Positions 26,974 to 36,558 are shown, counted from the stretch's first letter. The stretch: 48,813 nt of DNA from Candidatus Nomurabacteria bacterium RIFCSPHIGHO2_02_FULL_42_19 (GCA_001785615.1 MFUG01000005.1:1-48813); one strand, 5' to 3'. Numbers and translations: made by a program. The notes: a model not told the origin generated them from the letters alone.

Positions 26974-28293
26974 ATGAAAGCACCATCAAAAAATTCAATG
27001 GATTTTGAGATAAATGGCGGGAAAAAATTGTCCGGCACTATTAATACTGGTTATTCCAAAAATGGCTCGGTAGGGCTTCTATGCGCTTCCGTTTTAAATC
27101 AAGGTACGACCATCCTTCACGGCATCGCCAGAATTGAAGAGGTTTATAGAGTTATGGAAATATTAGAGAGCATTGGGGCCAAGGTAGCTTGGACAAACAC
27201 CAATACAGTAACTATAAAGCCACCGAAGGAATTTAACGTAAAAAAATTAAATCGCGGATCAGCCGAAAAAACACGTTCCATTATAATGTTTATCGGACCA
27301 CTCGCGCACTTTCTTCCATCATTCTATATTCCGCATGCGGAGGGCTGCCACTTAGGCAAACGCACCATCGCTGCCCATCGCTATGCGCTGGAAGAATTGG
27401 GAATCAAGGTAGCGGTAACAGAAGATAGGTACGAAATAAGAACAAAAAAATTTACCCCGGGAAATATCATCATGTATGAAGCCGGTGACACGCCGATAGA
27501 AAATGTCCTTACCGCTGCGGCCTTAATCCCCGGTAAAACGGTTATAAAATTCACCAGCTCAAATTATCAAGTTCAGGAAATATGTTTTTTCTTGGAAAAA
27601 TGCGGGGTAAAAATTGAAGGCATCGGCACTTCTACCTTGATTATCCACGGAATAAAAAAGATTAATAAAAAAATAGAATATTATAATAGCGAAGACCCGA
27701 TAGAATCCATGACGTTTATTGCATCAGCCATAGCCACCGATTCCACGCTCACCATAGCCCGTTGCCCGATAAACTTTCTAGAATTAGAGCTATATAAACT
27801 TAAAAAAATGGGACTGCAGTATAAAATTTCAAAAGAGTATAAAGCAAAAAACAAAAGAACTAACCTCGTTGATATCACTATTTTTCCCTCAAAGTTCAAA
27901 GCCCTGGATGACAAGATTCACGCTAATCCATACCCAGGAATAAATATGGATAACTTGCCGTATTTTGTTATTCCAGCGATTAAGGCCAAAGGCCAAACCT
28001 TGATTCACGACTGGACGTACGAGAATCGTGCTATTTACTTGACAGAGTTGAACCGTATGGGTGCAAGTATAACCCTGGCCGACCCACATCGCCTCTACGT
28101 GGAGGGTGGAACCAAACTTAGGCCTGCTCAAATGGTATGCCCACCGGCCCTACGTCCTTCTATGGTCATATTGATTGCGATGCTCTCGGCACCCGGTGTT
28201 TCAATACTGCGAAATGTTTATATGATAAATCGTGGTTATGAAGAAATAGTCAAACGCCTTAATTCTATTGGCGCAGATATAAAAGTCATATAA
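26974..28293 (+). CDS. murA: UDP-N-acetylglucosamine 1-carboxyvinyltransferase
   Basis: 439 aa with an EPSP/MurA fold and an active-site Cys in AEGCHLGKRTI. Confidence 0.88.
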   Translation: MKAPSKNSMDFEINGGKKLSGTINTGYSKNGSVGLLCASVLNQGTTILHGIARIEEVYRVMEILESIGAKVAWTNTNTVTIKPPKEFNVKKLNRGSAEKTRSIIMFIGPLAHFLPSFYIPHAEGCHLGKRTIAAHRYALEELGIKVAVTEDRYEIRTKKFTPGNIIMYEAGDTPIENVLTAAALIPGKTVIKFTSSNYQVQEICFFLEKCGVKIEGIGTSTLIIHGIKKINKKIEYYNSEDPIESMTFIASAIATDSTLTIARCPINFLELELYKLKKMGLQYKISKEYKAKNKRTNLVDITIFPSKFKALDDKIHANPYPGINMDNLPYFVIPAIKAKGQTLIHDWTYENRAIYLTELNRMGASITLADPHRLYVEGGTKLRPAQMVCPPALRPSMVILIAMLSAPGVSILRNVYMINRGYEEIVKRLNSIGADIKVI

Positions 28294-28304
28294 AAATATA
28301 GGCG

Positions 28305-29201
28305 ATGAAAAAAGTTATAGTTATTTTAGGCCAAACCGCTATTGGGAAAAGTTATTTGGCGGTTAAAATTGCTAAAAAAATTAATCCGCCAGCTGGCGGA
28401 GAGGTGATTTCTGCTGACTCCAGGCAAGTGTATAAAGGCATTGACATCGGCACCGGGAAAATAACCCGAGCGGAAATGAAAGGTATTCCACACCACTTGC
28501 TCGATGTAGCCAATCCTAAAAATCAATTCACAGTAGCCCGATATAAAAAGTTAGCCGAAAAGAAAATTAAAGAGATAATCGCACGGGGCAAAATACCCAT
28601 CATCTGCGGGGGCACAGGATTTTATATTGACGCTCTAACTCGCGGCACGGTTCTGCCAGAAGTTCTGCCAAATAGAAAGTTAAGAAAAAAATTAATGACA
28701 AAATCAGCGATAGCATTGTTTGTCACTCTTAAAAAATTAGATCCTCGCAGGGCAAATAATATAGATCCTAAAAATAAAATTCGGCTTATCCGGGCTATTG
28801 AAATAGCCAAAGCGCTGGGCAAAGTTCCAAAGATTACCGAAATTAAACCTGTGTATAAATTTATAAAAATTGGCCTTAGAGTTCCGGAAGATAGCTTGAA
28901 AAGAAAAATCAGATCTCGCCTGCGAAAACGCATCCGCGGTGGAATGGCTGCCGAGCTATACGACCTAAAACATCAGGGGGTGCCGTGGAAAAGATTTATA
29001 GAACTTGGTTTTGACCAAAAATATATCGCTCTTTATCTGCGTGGAAAACTTAGCCAAAAAGAGATGTTTGAAAACCTTTTCAAGAATAATTGGCAATATG
29101 CTAAACGCCAAATGACTTGGTTCAAGCGCGACCCTGAAATAAAATGGTTTACGCCAGACCAATACAAAAAAATAGAAAAGTACCTAAAGAAAAAACTTTA
29201 A
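28305..29201 (+). CDS. miaA: tRNA dimethylallyltransferase
   Basis: 298 aa with ILGQTAIGKS P-loop, ISADSRQVYKGIDIGTGK and HHLLD. Confidence 0.9.
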   Translation: MKKVIVILGQTAIGKSYLAVKIAKKINPPAGGEVISADSRQVYKGIDIGTGKITRAEMKGIPHHLLDVANPKNQFTVARYKKLAEKKIKEIIARGKIPIICGGTGFYIDALTRGTVLPEVLPNRKLRKKLMTKSAIALFVTLKKLDPRRANNIDPKNKIRLIRAIEIAKALGKVPKITEIKPVYKFIKIGLRVPEDSLKRKIRSRLRKRIRGGMAAELYDLKHQGVPWKRFIELGFDQKYIALYLRGKLSQKEMFENLFKNNWQYAKRQMTWFKRDPEIKWFTPDQYKKIEKYLKKKL

Positions 29202-29791
29202 GATTTTTTCTGTCCCTCCGCCATTTCAAAAAAGATAGGTAGAACCGATATAAAAACTACCAATAGCACCATTACCCAGAGATAATCCTTTATTCCGGGA
29301 AAAACATGGCCGAGAAAATAGCCAAGCAGGGTGACTAGAAAAGACCAGAGGAATGAGCCAACGATATTGTACTTGATAAAAGAACGGTAGTTCATTTTTG
29401 CCACGCCGGCCACTATTGGCACGAAAGTGCGGACAATGGGCACAAAACGGGCGAAAGTGATGGCAATCTTGCCATGTCGGTTAAAGAATTCGTGCGCCTT
29501 GTCGATATGATCCTGCTTTAGTATTTTTTTGAAAAAGGAAAAATTCTGAAGCTTGATTAAGTGAACACCTATTTCATATCCCGCTAGTCCGCCTAAAAAG
29601 GTAGCCACAAAAATCATTGGGATTAGGAAAAAAATATTGAGCCCATACGCTCCAGCGAATAGTCCGGCGGTGAAAAGCAAACTGTCTCCCGGCAGAGGAA
29701 AAAATATTCCGGATTCCAAAAAAACAATAATAAAAATGCCGGTGTAGCCGAAAGTGGTGATAATGTGCGGAATGTCAAAAAGTTCAAGCAT
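29198..29791 (-). CDS. DedA-family membrane protein
   Basis: 197 aa, multi-TM, with the FARFVPIVRTFVPIVAGVAKMNYRSF signature. Confidence 0.8.
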   Translation of the reverse strand: MLELFDIPHIITTFGYTGIFIIVFLESGIFFPLPGDSLLFTAGLFAGAYGLNIFFLIPMIFVATFLGGLAGYEIGVHLIKLQNFSFFKKILKQDHIDKAHEFFNRHGKIAITFARFVPIVRTFVPIVAGVAKMNYRSFIKYNIVGSFLWSFLVTLLGYFLGHVFPGIKDYLWVMVLLVVFISVLPIFFEMAEGQKKS

Positions 29792-30060
29792 TATTTATTG
29801 TGGTTTTTTATCCACCATTTTTTAATAAATGGCAAAGATTGAACGGATAGGAAATATCCTATAGCCGGAACAAGGGCGTTTAGGAAATAATTTTCTGAAC
29901 CAATGAAATACATTACCTTGATTGCGATCACGTAAATGATCGCCGAAATCAAAAATACACGAAAGTAACTCGTCTCCCAGGCCTTATCAGCTTCCACTTT
30001 AGCATTCCTTTGCTTTATTACTTCTATTTCTTCTTCTAGTTTTTTAATTCGTTCTTCCAT
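29791..30060 (-). CDS. hypothetical small membrane protein (coiled-coil N-terminus, 2 TM)
   Basis: 89-aa ORF with host-like AT-rich composition. Its stop overlaps the dedA start. Confidence 0.5.
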   Translation of the reverse strand: MEERIKKLEEEIEVIKQRNAKVEADKAWETSYFRVFLISAIIYVIAIKVMYFIGSENYFLNALVPAIGYFLSVQSLPFIKKWWIKNHNK

Positions 30061-30193
30061 AATTATCTTTTAATTTTAAGCTTATTCTGGTATAATCACA
30101 AGACAACAAAGTGTTTTGTTGCATGTTCTTTTTAGTAAAGAAATGTGTTAGTTTATATTTCACGTTTCTGTGCTCCGCCGTAAGGCGGAGTAT

Positions 30194-30264
30194 GGGCGAT
30201 TAGTTAAGTGGTATAACTTCGGTCTCCAAAACCGATGTCGGGGGTCCGATTCCCTCATCGCCCG
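30194..30264 (+). tRNA. tRNA-Trp (anticodon CCA)
   Basis: Acceptor GGGCGAT/ATCGCCC, anticodon arm TCGGT-CTCCAAA-ACCGA, T loop TCCGATT. Confidence 0.88.
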
Positions 30265-30274
30265 CAAAATAAAG

Positions 30275-30433
30275 CTATTTCTTGGCCTCTTTATGCTTGG
30301 TCTGTTTACGACACCATTTACAGTACTTTTTAAGCTCAATCTTCTTGGTGACGAGTTTCTTGTTTTTGCTAGACCAGTAATTTATGCGTTTACAAGTTCC
30401 GCAGGCAAGCTTTATCAATCTATCTTGGGACAT
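30275..30433 (-). CDS. rpmG: 50S ribosomal protein L33 (52 aa; below ORF-track threshold)
   Basis: Hand translation gives MSQDRLIKLACGTCKRINYWSSKNKKLVTKKIELKKYCKWCRKQTKHKEAKK. The CxxC...CxxC pattern and LKKYC are typical of L33. Confidence 0.9.
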   Translation of the reverse strand: MSQDRLIKLACGTCKRINYWSSKNKKLVTKKIELKKYCKWCRKQTKHKEAKK

Positions 30434-30473
30434 GTGAGCATCCTAGTATAAAAATTTACAAAAAGCAACCGGG

Positions 30474-31271
30474 TTAAATTACCGCCTTTTTGGCTTGGAT
30501 ATTTTTCCTTAACAATTTACTTGCGACTTTAGAAAATTTTACGGGGTTCCCGGTGGTAAAATATAAAGTTTCTCCCGCCTTCTTTTCATTATTTTCCAAG
30601 AAATGGTTGGCGAGTAAACTGCCTGTTTGTCTGGCGATAGCCCGGCCACCGTCTATAAGTTTAATTGGTTTTTTAATTATTTTTTTTATAGCGAACTTAA
30701 GAAATGGGTAATGGGTGCAGCCCAAGACCAGACAGTCGGCCTTTGAATTTTTTACTTTTTGAAGATATTTTAGAAGCAGTTTATTTACTTCATTGCTATT
30801 TAGCTCCCCATGTTCCACCACGTCTTCAAGGTTTTTACAACCGATGTTGAAAATCTTGAAGCCCCCACAATAATTTTTTATCAGTTTTTTTAGTACTGCG
30901 CTTTTAGAAGTTGAAGGAGTTGAAATAACCGCCACGGTTTTAGAGATAGTTTTTTCCGCCGCTACTTTAATAGCGGGCACAGTACCTACAATCGGAAGTG
31001 AATATTTTTTACGAAGCTCACCTATCGCACTGCAAGTCGCGGTGTTGCAGGCCACCACCATTGCCTTGATACCATGATGTTTTATAAAGTAGTCAGTGAT
31101 TTTAGAAGTTAGTTTAACGAGTTCCTTTGCAGTTTTTTCTCCATAGGGCACATATAACTGGTCGGCTAAAAAAATAAAATTTTCATTCGGTAGCAGACGC
31201 TTGAGTTCTTTTAAGACAGAGAGCCCGCCCACGCCTGAGTCGAAAACTCCAATTGGCCGATTATTTTTCAT
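30474..31271 (-). CDS. murI: glutamate racemase
   Basis: 265 aa with IGVFDSGVGGLSV, VVACNTAT and LGCTHYP. Confidence 0.93.
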   Translation of the reverse strand: MKNNRPIGVFDSGVGGLSVLKELKRLLPNENFIFLADQLYVPYGEKTAKELVKLTSKITDYFIKHHGIKAMVVACNTATCSAIGELRKKYSLPIVGTVPAIKVAAEKTISKTVAVISTPSTSKSAVLKKLIKNYCGGFKIFNIGCKNLEDVVEHGELNSNEVNKLLLKYLQKVKNSKADCLVLGCTHYPFLKFAIKKIIKKPIKLIDGGRAIARQTGSLLANHFLENNEKKAGETLYFTTGNPVKFSKVASKLLRKNIQAKKAVI

Positions 31272-31276
31272 GGTAA

Positions 31277-32242
31277 TTATTTAACTGTGGTCTTTAGCTT
31301 TGACTCTCGTTTAAATCTGGCAATAGCAAGATCGATCAAAATGTCTAAAAGTTTAGGCAGTGGTATACCACTCGCCTCCCACAACTTTGGGTACATACTG
31401 ATATTAGTAAAGCCGGGAATAGTATTAATTTCATTCACCAATACCTCTCCGTTCTTTTTCAAGAAAAAGTCCACTCGTCCCATGCCTTCACAGTTTAGAA
31501 CTTCGAAGGTCTTTACGGCGAGTTCTTGAATTTTTTTAATAGTATTTTTATCAAGTTTTGCCGGTATTTCGGAAACAGAACTATGGTCAATGTATTTCGC
31601 ATCATAAGAATAAAATTCTTGGTTGGCAATAATTTCTCCAGGAATTGAAGCCGTCGGTGTTTCGTTTCCTAAAACCGCGCACTCTATTTCCCCGCCGTCT
31701 ATGAATTCTTCAATAACGATTTTTGTGTCAAACTTAAATGCTTCACGTAGTGCACGCTTAAATTCGGTTTCATTTCGCACCTTACTTACTCCCACCGAAG
31801 AGCCCATATTGGCGGGTTTGATAAAGAGTGGTAGGCCAAGTTCTTTTTTAATCTTTTTAAAATTTATTTTTTTGCCGTTAGAAATTGTAATAAATTTTCC
31901 TATCGGAATTCCGGCGTCTCGAAGAAGTCGTTTCATTACATCCTTGTCCATGCTTACTGCTGAGCCCAAAACCCCAGCGCCCACATATGGTATTCCTGCT
32001 AACTTTAAAAGCCCCTGCATGCTACCGTCCTCTCCAAACGGCCCATGCAATACTGGAAAAACCACATTAAAATTTTTAAGATTATTAAAATTAAACTGGC
32101 CGTCTTTGCCTATTTTGATAGGTTTTACTTTATATTTCTTCTTATTCAACGCAGATATTACGTTTTTGGCTGATTCTAAAGATACTTCATGTTCAGCTGA
32201 TTTTCCTCCAAAGAGTATTCCAATTCTTAATTTCTTTTTCAT
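31277..32242 (-). CDS. ddl: D-alanine-D-alanine ligase
   Basis: 321 aa with ILFGGKSAEHEVS, HGPFGEDG and an ATP-grasp C-terminus (NEINTIPGFT). Confidence 0.93.
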   Translation of the reverse strand: MKKKLRIGILFGGKSAEHEVSLESAKNVISALNKKKYKVKPIKIGKDGQFNFNNLKNFNVVFPVLHGPFGEDGSMQGLLKLAGIPYVGAGVLGSAVSMDKDVMKRLLRDAGIPIGKFITISNGKKINFKKIKKELGLPLFIKPANMGSSVGVSKVRNETEFKRALREAFKFDTKIVIEEFIDGGEIECAVLGNETPTASIPGEIIANQEFYSYDAKYIDHSSVSEIPAKLDKNTIKKIQELAVKTFEVLNCEGMGRVDFFLKKNGEVLVNEINTIPGFTNISMYPKLWEASGIPLPKLLDILIDLAIARFKRESKLKTTVK

Positions 32243-32979
32243 CTTGGCACCAGTGTAGCACTTTTTAGGTCTTTAGGAAAATTGGTGAGATTTTTACAGC
32301 CCTTCTGGGTTATTAGCACCATGTCCTCTATCCGCACTCCGCCCCAGCCCTTAAAATAAAGTCCGGGTTCTACTGTCATTACACAGCCCACCGGTAGTAC
32401 GTCCTCGCTTTTTGGTTTAAAATTCGGCCACTCGTGAATTACTGTGCCTATACCGTGGCCTAGCCCGTGCCCAAATCTTTTTACGCCGAACTTTTTATTT
32501 AGAAAATCTCGCGCTGTCTTATCTATGACTTTTGCTCTTTTCTCGCCACTTGAAATTTTTTTAATCGCACGGTTTTGCGCTTCTAGTACGCTCTGATAAA
32601 CTTTCTTTTGTCTCCTGCTTGGTTGCCCCCAGAAATAAGTGCGAGTCATATCCGAACAGTAATGATTTATAGTGCATCCAAAATCAAACATAATGGTGTC
32701 CCCTTTCTTTAGTTTTGTTTTGCCCGGTTCGTGGTGAGTGTTTGCCGTATTTTTACCAAATGAGACAATCGGTGGGAAAGCTAGCACTGAAGCGCCATAC
32801 CTCCGAAATCTTTCAGTGACAAATCTTGCGATCGCTAGTTCTGTCACTCCCGACTTGAGTTTCTTTATAACATCTTTTAAGACCCGCTCGCTTATCCTCT
32901 GCGCTTTTATAATATTCGCAAGTTCTCGCCTACTTTTAACTGCCCGAACTTCATGAATTAATTTTGTTTTCTTCTTCAT
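32239..32979 (-). CDS. M24-family metallopeptidase (Xaa-Pro aminopeptidase-like, catalytic domain only)
   Basis: 246 aa with DFGC..NHYCSDMTRT, HGLGHGIG and VEPGLY...GGVRIED metal ligand motifs. Confidence 0.8.
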   Translation of the reverse strand: MKKKTKLIHEVRAVKSRRELANIIKAQRISERVLKDVIKKLKSGVTELAIARFVTERFRRYGASVLAFPPIVSFGKNTANTHHEPGKTKLKKGDTIMFDFGCTINHYCSDMTRTYFWGQPSRRQKKVYQSVLEAQNRAIKKISSGEKRAKVIDKTARDFLNKKFGVKRFGHGLGHGIGTVIHEWPNFKPKSEDVLPVGCVMTVEPGLYFKGWGGVRIEDMVLITQKGCKNLTNFPKDLKSATLVPR

Positions 32980-33024
32980 TTTATGTATGTTATCACTTTT
33001 AGACGGCCGTCAAAATTGATAACA

Positions 33025-34734
33025 TCAATATACTTCTTGCTGATAACATTTTTCGCAGTAAATAATCGGTGCGTATTCTTCAGTATATACTGTCTCGACT
33101 TCTACGCTACACTCCGAACAACTTCGCTTAATAATTTTCAGAGGTGGACGTTTGTCCATTCGCCGGATATGCCTAATATCAAAACACACCCTTGGTAGAG
33201 GTAAATTCATTCTTCGATAAAAGGTCAATTCGTTTTGAGTTATGCGAAACGCTCCCACAGAGTTTGGATTATCCTTTTCAGCACACTCTATAATTTCACT
33301 TAAAATTGAATCGTTTACTTCAGAAATGGTTTCAGGTAATTGAGAGGCCTTTGTTGTGGTCTCATAATTTTTCTTCCCTTTACCCATCCAACGGTAACCC
33401 CTATCAAGTGCCTCCTCTTTAGTAAGAGGATGATAATAATTCGCGATTGTTTCATTGTAAGCAAAATCAGAAAAGTTTGCAGGAAAATTCTCTCCAAATC
33501 GATACTCCAAGCCCTTATTGTCCACGTAGGGTATTTTTTTCATCTGTTCGATAATTTCATTTTTTAGTTTTTTATATTCTTCTTTAGAATACTCCTTATT
33601 GAGAATTGAATATTTTCCTTTTTTCAAGCCCACGCAACCAAAGCAATCATGCGCTCCGGGGCAAGTATTGCAGTAATACAAATCATGCGCTCCCATCCAG
33701 CATTGATTGCAAAAATATAGTCGTGCGATATCAATGCCGCAATTTTCGCATTCGTAAATTTGTTCGGCCTTATTGCCCCATTCAAAGTAATCCATACAAT
33801 CTTCAGCATTGAAAACCATAAATAAGTACTTACCGTCCTTCACGTTTTCACAATCAAATGACTTAGTAACGTTTTTACTGTTCAAAAACCAGTTGCCCAA
33901 CACTTTTTCGGACTTAATAGACATGATAGCCCTTTGAGGAAATTTTTTTCTAAACCGCTCGAATTCTACTTTCATTTTTTCGAGCCCGGAAAAAGTATCA
34001 AGTTTCATTTCTTTTAATTTCTTTAAATATTCTTCTTTGGTATATTTTTTATTCCAAATACAATATTCTGCATTCACCAAATTTACGCACCCCACACAAT
34101 TCGAGGAATTTCTGCATGCGTAAATAAAATAGCAATCTCTCGAGTCCTTGCTTTCTTGTCCAAATTTTACATTGTAGCAGTTCGCACAATTCACACACTC
34201 GTAACATAATTCACATTCGTAAATCCACGAGCAATCACAACAGTCAAGAACATGCTTTTTGCCATTGTAAATATATAAGGAATTTTCCGGATAAGAACTA
34301 CGAAAAACCATATAAGAATTTTTTGGGTCCGTAACACGATGCGCATACGGGCTATTCACTGCAAGCCCTTGCCGAACTATCGACATCCTGGGTATTTTAT
34401 TTTGAAGTTCTAAAAATTGTTCAAGAAAAGGTCGGGCCGGATTATAATCCATCCCATACTGCCCTGGATCCCATTCGTCAGAGTACCAAATATCGGTCTC
34501 ATAAACCGGGAATGGCGCGTCTTCCGAATACATACTAAAAACTTCTTTGCCAGAAAAATCGCACTTTCTTTTGTACAAAACGGTCTCACTAGTGTGTAAA
34601 AAACGTCTCAAGAGCCGGCACTTCGGACAAAACGTTGGTGGAGAAACTTTTATTTTTTCATAAAAAGAAAAATCATCCGGCTCGATTACGAAGTCCTTTT
34701 TGCAATTTTGACAAATTTTAGTTTCGCTTTGCAT
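33025..34734 (-). CDS. large cysteine-rich protein with terminal zinc-ribbon motifs, function unknown
   Basis: 569 aa. N-terminal CxxC...CPKC, a central block of closely spaced Cys repeats (CCDCSWIYECELCYECVNCANCYN..CVGCVN), and C-terminal CSEC...CEKC. Confidence 0.6.
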   Translation of the reverse strand: MQSETKICQNCKKDFVIEPDDFSFYEKIKVSPPTFCPKCRLLRRFLHTSETVLYKRKCDFSGKEVFSMYSEDAPFPVYETDIWYSDEWDPGQYGMDYNPARPFLEQFLELQNKIPRMSIVRQGLAVNSPYAHRVTDPKNSYMVFRSSYPENSLYIYNGKKHVLDCCDCSWIYECELCYECVNCANCYNVKFGQESKDSRDCYFIYACRNSSNCVGCVNLVNAEYCIWNKKYTKEEYLKKLKEMKLDTFSGLEKMKVEFERFRKKFPQRAIMSIKSEKVLGNWFLNSKNVTKSFDCENVKDGKYLFMVFNAEDCMDYFEWGNKAEQIYECENCGIDIARLYFCNQCWMGAHDLYYCNTCPGAHDCFGCVGLKKGKYSILNKEYSKEEYKKLKNEIIEQMKKIPYVDNKGLEYRFGENFPANFSDFAYNETIANYYHPLTKEEALDRGYRWMGKGKKNYETTTKASQLPETISEVNDSILSEIIECAEKDNPNSVGAFRITQNELTFYRRMNLPLPRVCFDIRHIRRMDKRPPLKIIKRSCSECSVEVETVYTEEYAPIIYCEKCYQQEVY

Positions 34735-34771
34735 AATCTATTCTACAATTCTATAGAATATTAGAATACCT

Positions 34772-35896
34772 TTACACTAACTTCACAATATCGTGATAGG
34801 TAACCAGAACCATCAAGAGAATTAAAATCACGAAGCCGATTGTGTTCGCCGTGTTGGCAACTCTCGGATTCATGGCCGAGCCTTTGATTTTTTCAATCAA
34901 TAAAAAGAGCAACCGCCCGCCGTCGAGCGCTGGAAATGGAAGCAAATTTATAATCGCCAAGTTTATGGAAATAAGCGCCGCGAAGGACAAAAGGTAGGCA
35001 AAGCCGAATTCGTAAACGTCTCCCACTATACTCACCATCCCCACCGGTCCGGTAATAGCAGTCAGGTTGCCTTGACCCTTTATACTCTCTACAATAAGCG
35101 TATACAGCCCTAGAGCTGTGTCTTTGGTGAGAGCCAGGGTGAGCTTCATTCCTTCAGAAAATGCCCTTAAAATAGGCAATTTGGCCGTACCTACCTGATC
35201 CATGGATATACCTATCATTGGCCTGCCATCAACCACACTTTTGACCGGTATTATGTTTACGAACTTCACATCTTGATGATTTTTACCTCGGGTATAGCCG
35301 ATTTCAATTTCCTGGTTGGGGTGAGAAACAATAAAGGCCTTTAGAGTTTCCGGATTTATTTCTTGAAGATTTTTACCTTCTTCTCCGATTTCAGAAGACA
35401 AGATTGAAACCGTTACGATGGCATCTCCGGGCTTTAGGCCGGCAGTTTCGGCGGGTGAATTCGGCGCCACAGATACAACTAGTAAATTTACATTTTCAAG
35501 TTCATGGCCGGGTACGGCACTGCCTACCGAAGTCGGAATTCCGGACATAAAACCAAAAGAAAGCACCATCCAGGCTAGTAAAAAGTTCATAAAAACTCCG
35601 GCGAAAAGTATTATTGCTTGCTTCCACTTTGATTTATTTACAAAACTTCTTTCTCGGTCAGGCCCATTGAGGGACTCTTCATCCGGACTCTCGCCGAAAA
35701 TTTTTACAAAACCGCCGATGGGGAAAAGATTGAGGGTGTACTCCGTTTCCCCTTTTCGGAAACCAAAAAGTCGCGGCGGGAAACCGAAACCAAATTCATC
35801 CACCCGAATACCGAAACTTTTCGCGGTAAAAAAGTGCCCCCATTCATGGACTAGCACGAGGACGAGAAGTATTACGATGAAAATAACGATGCTCAA
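34772..35896 (-). CDS. rseP: site-2 (RIP) zinc metalloprotease RseP
   Basis: 374 aa with HEWGHF, a PDZ segment and NLLPFPALDGG. Confidence 0.9.
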   Translation of the reverse strand: MSIVIFIVILLVLVLVHEWGHFFTAKSFGIRVDEFGFGFPPRLFGFRKGETEYTLNLFPIGGFVKIFGESPDEESLNGPDRERSFVNKSKWKQAIILFAGVFMNFLLAWMVLSFGFMSGIPTSVGSAVPGHELENVNLLVVSVAPNSPAETAGLKPGDAIVTVSILSSEIGEEGKNLQEINPETLKAFIVSHPNQEIEIGYTRGKNHQDVKFVNIIPVKSVVDGRPMIGISMDQVGTAKLPILRAFSEGMKLTLALTKDTALGLYTLIVESIKGQGNLTAITGPVGMVSIVGDVYEFGFAYLLSFAALISINLAIINLLPFPALDGGRLLFLLIEKIKGSAMNPRVANTANTIGFVILILLMVLVTYHDIVKLV

Positions 35897-35924
35897 TTTT
35901 TAATTCGTAATTACTAATTTATAA

Positions 35925-36476
35925 TTAACCCAAAACTTCCTTCTCTTTCTTGCCAAAAATCGCTTCCAGATTTTTATTGACCCCGTCCACAACCTTCTGT
36001 AAATCATCTTTGGCTCTAAATTTTTCGTCTTCCGTCATTTTCCCCGCTTTTTCCTTAACCTGGACATCGTCCCAGATTCTTTCTCGTTCCCGGCGGACCG
36101 TAATTCTGGCCTCTTCTAATTTTTCTTTCAGAACTTTTACTAAAGTTTGCCTGGTTTCTGTGGTTAATTGAGGAAAAATAACGCGAATACCTGCATCATC
36201 GGTAGCAACTGACAACCCTAAATTGGAGGCAATGATGGCTCTTTCAATATCTTTAATTTGATTTTTGTCCCAGGGAGCGATGCGGAGGGTCTTCGGATCT
36301 TCAATGGAAACAGAAGCGACATTTTTGAGCGATACATGCGCGCCGTATGACTCCACGGATACGCCGTCTAAGACCGAGGGCGACGCCCGGCCCATGTTGA
36401 GTTGGTTGTATTCTTTTGCTAGAAATTCTTCCACTTTTTTTAATTCTGTTTTAAGATTAGAAAAGTTGTATTGCAT
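35925..36476 (-). CDS. frr: ribosome recycling factor
   Basis: 183 aa with a typical RRF layout (RASPSVLDGVSV, LTTETRQTLVK). Confidence 0.93.
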   Translation of the reverse strand: MQYNFSNLKTELKKVEEFLAKEYNQLNMGRASPSVLDGVSVESYGAHVSLKNVASVSIEDPKTLRIAPWDKNQIKDIERAIIASNLGLSVATDDAGIRVIFPQLTTETRQTLVKVLKEKLEEARITVRRERERIWDDVQVKEKAGKMTEDEKFRAKDDLQKVVDGVNKNLEAIFGKKEKEVLG

Positions 36477-36558
36477 CCCGTACGAAATTTCATTAAATTT
36501 GTAAATTGACCCATCCCTTATATGAAACCATGGTGGTAAGATTTCGTACGGGATTGCA
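36472..36558 (-). promoter_or_regulatory. 17-bp inverted repeat that includes the frr start codon
   Basis: TGCATCCCGTACGAAAT (36472-36488) and ATTTCGTACGGGATTGCA (36541-36558), with one indel. The ATG at 36476-36474 lies inside one arm. Confidence 0.55.

Noticed and set aside
30154-30170. TATTTCACGTTTCTG resembles half of a parS site (GTTTCAC).
   Set aside because: Only one half-site is present and there is no inverted partner. I saw no full TGTTNCACGTGAAACA-type palindrome in the window.
31623-32258. Long antisense ORFs inside host genes (211 aa opposite ddl, 161 aa opposite rseP at 35418-35903, 175 aa opposite atpB at 47086-47613, and many 60-130-aa ones).
   Set aside because: Each overlaps a gene with unambiguous family motifs on the other strand, and their products are low-complexity with no start signals.
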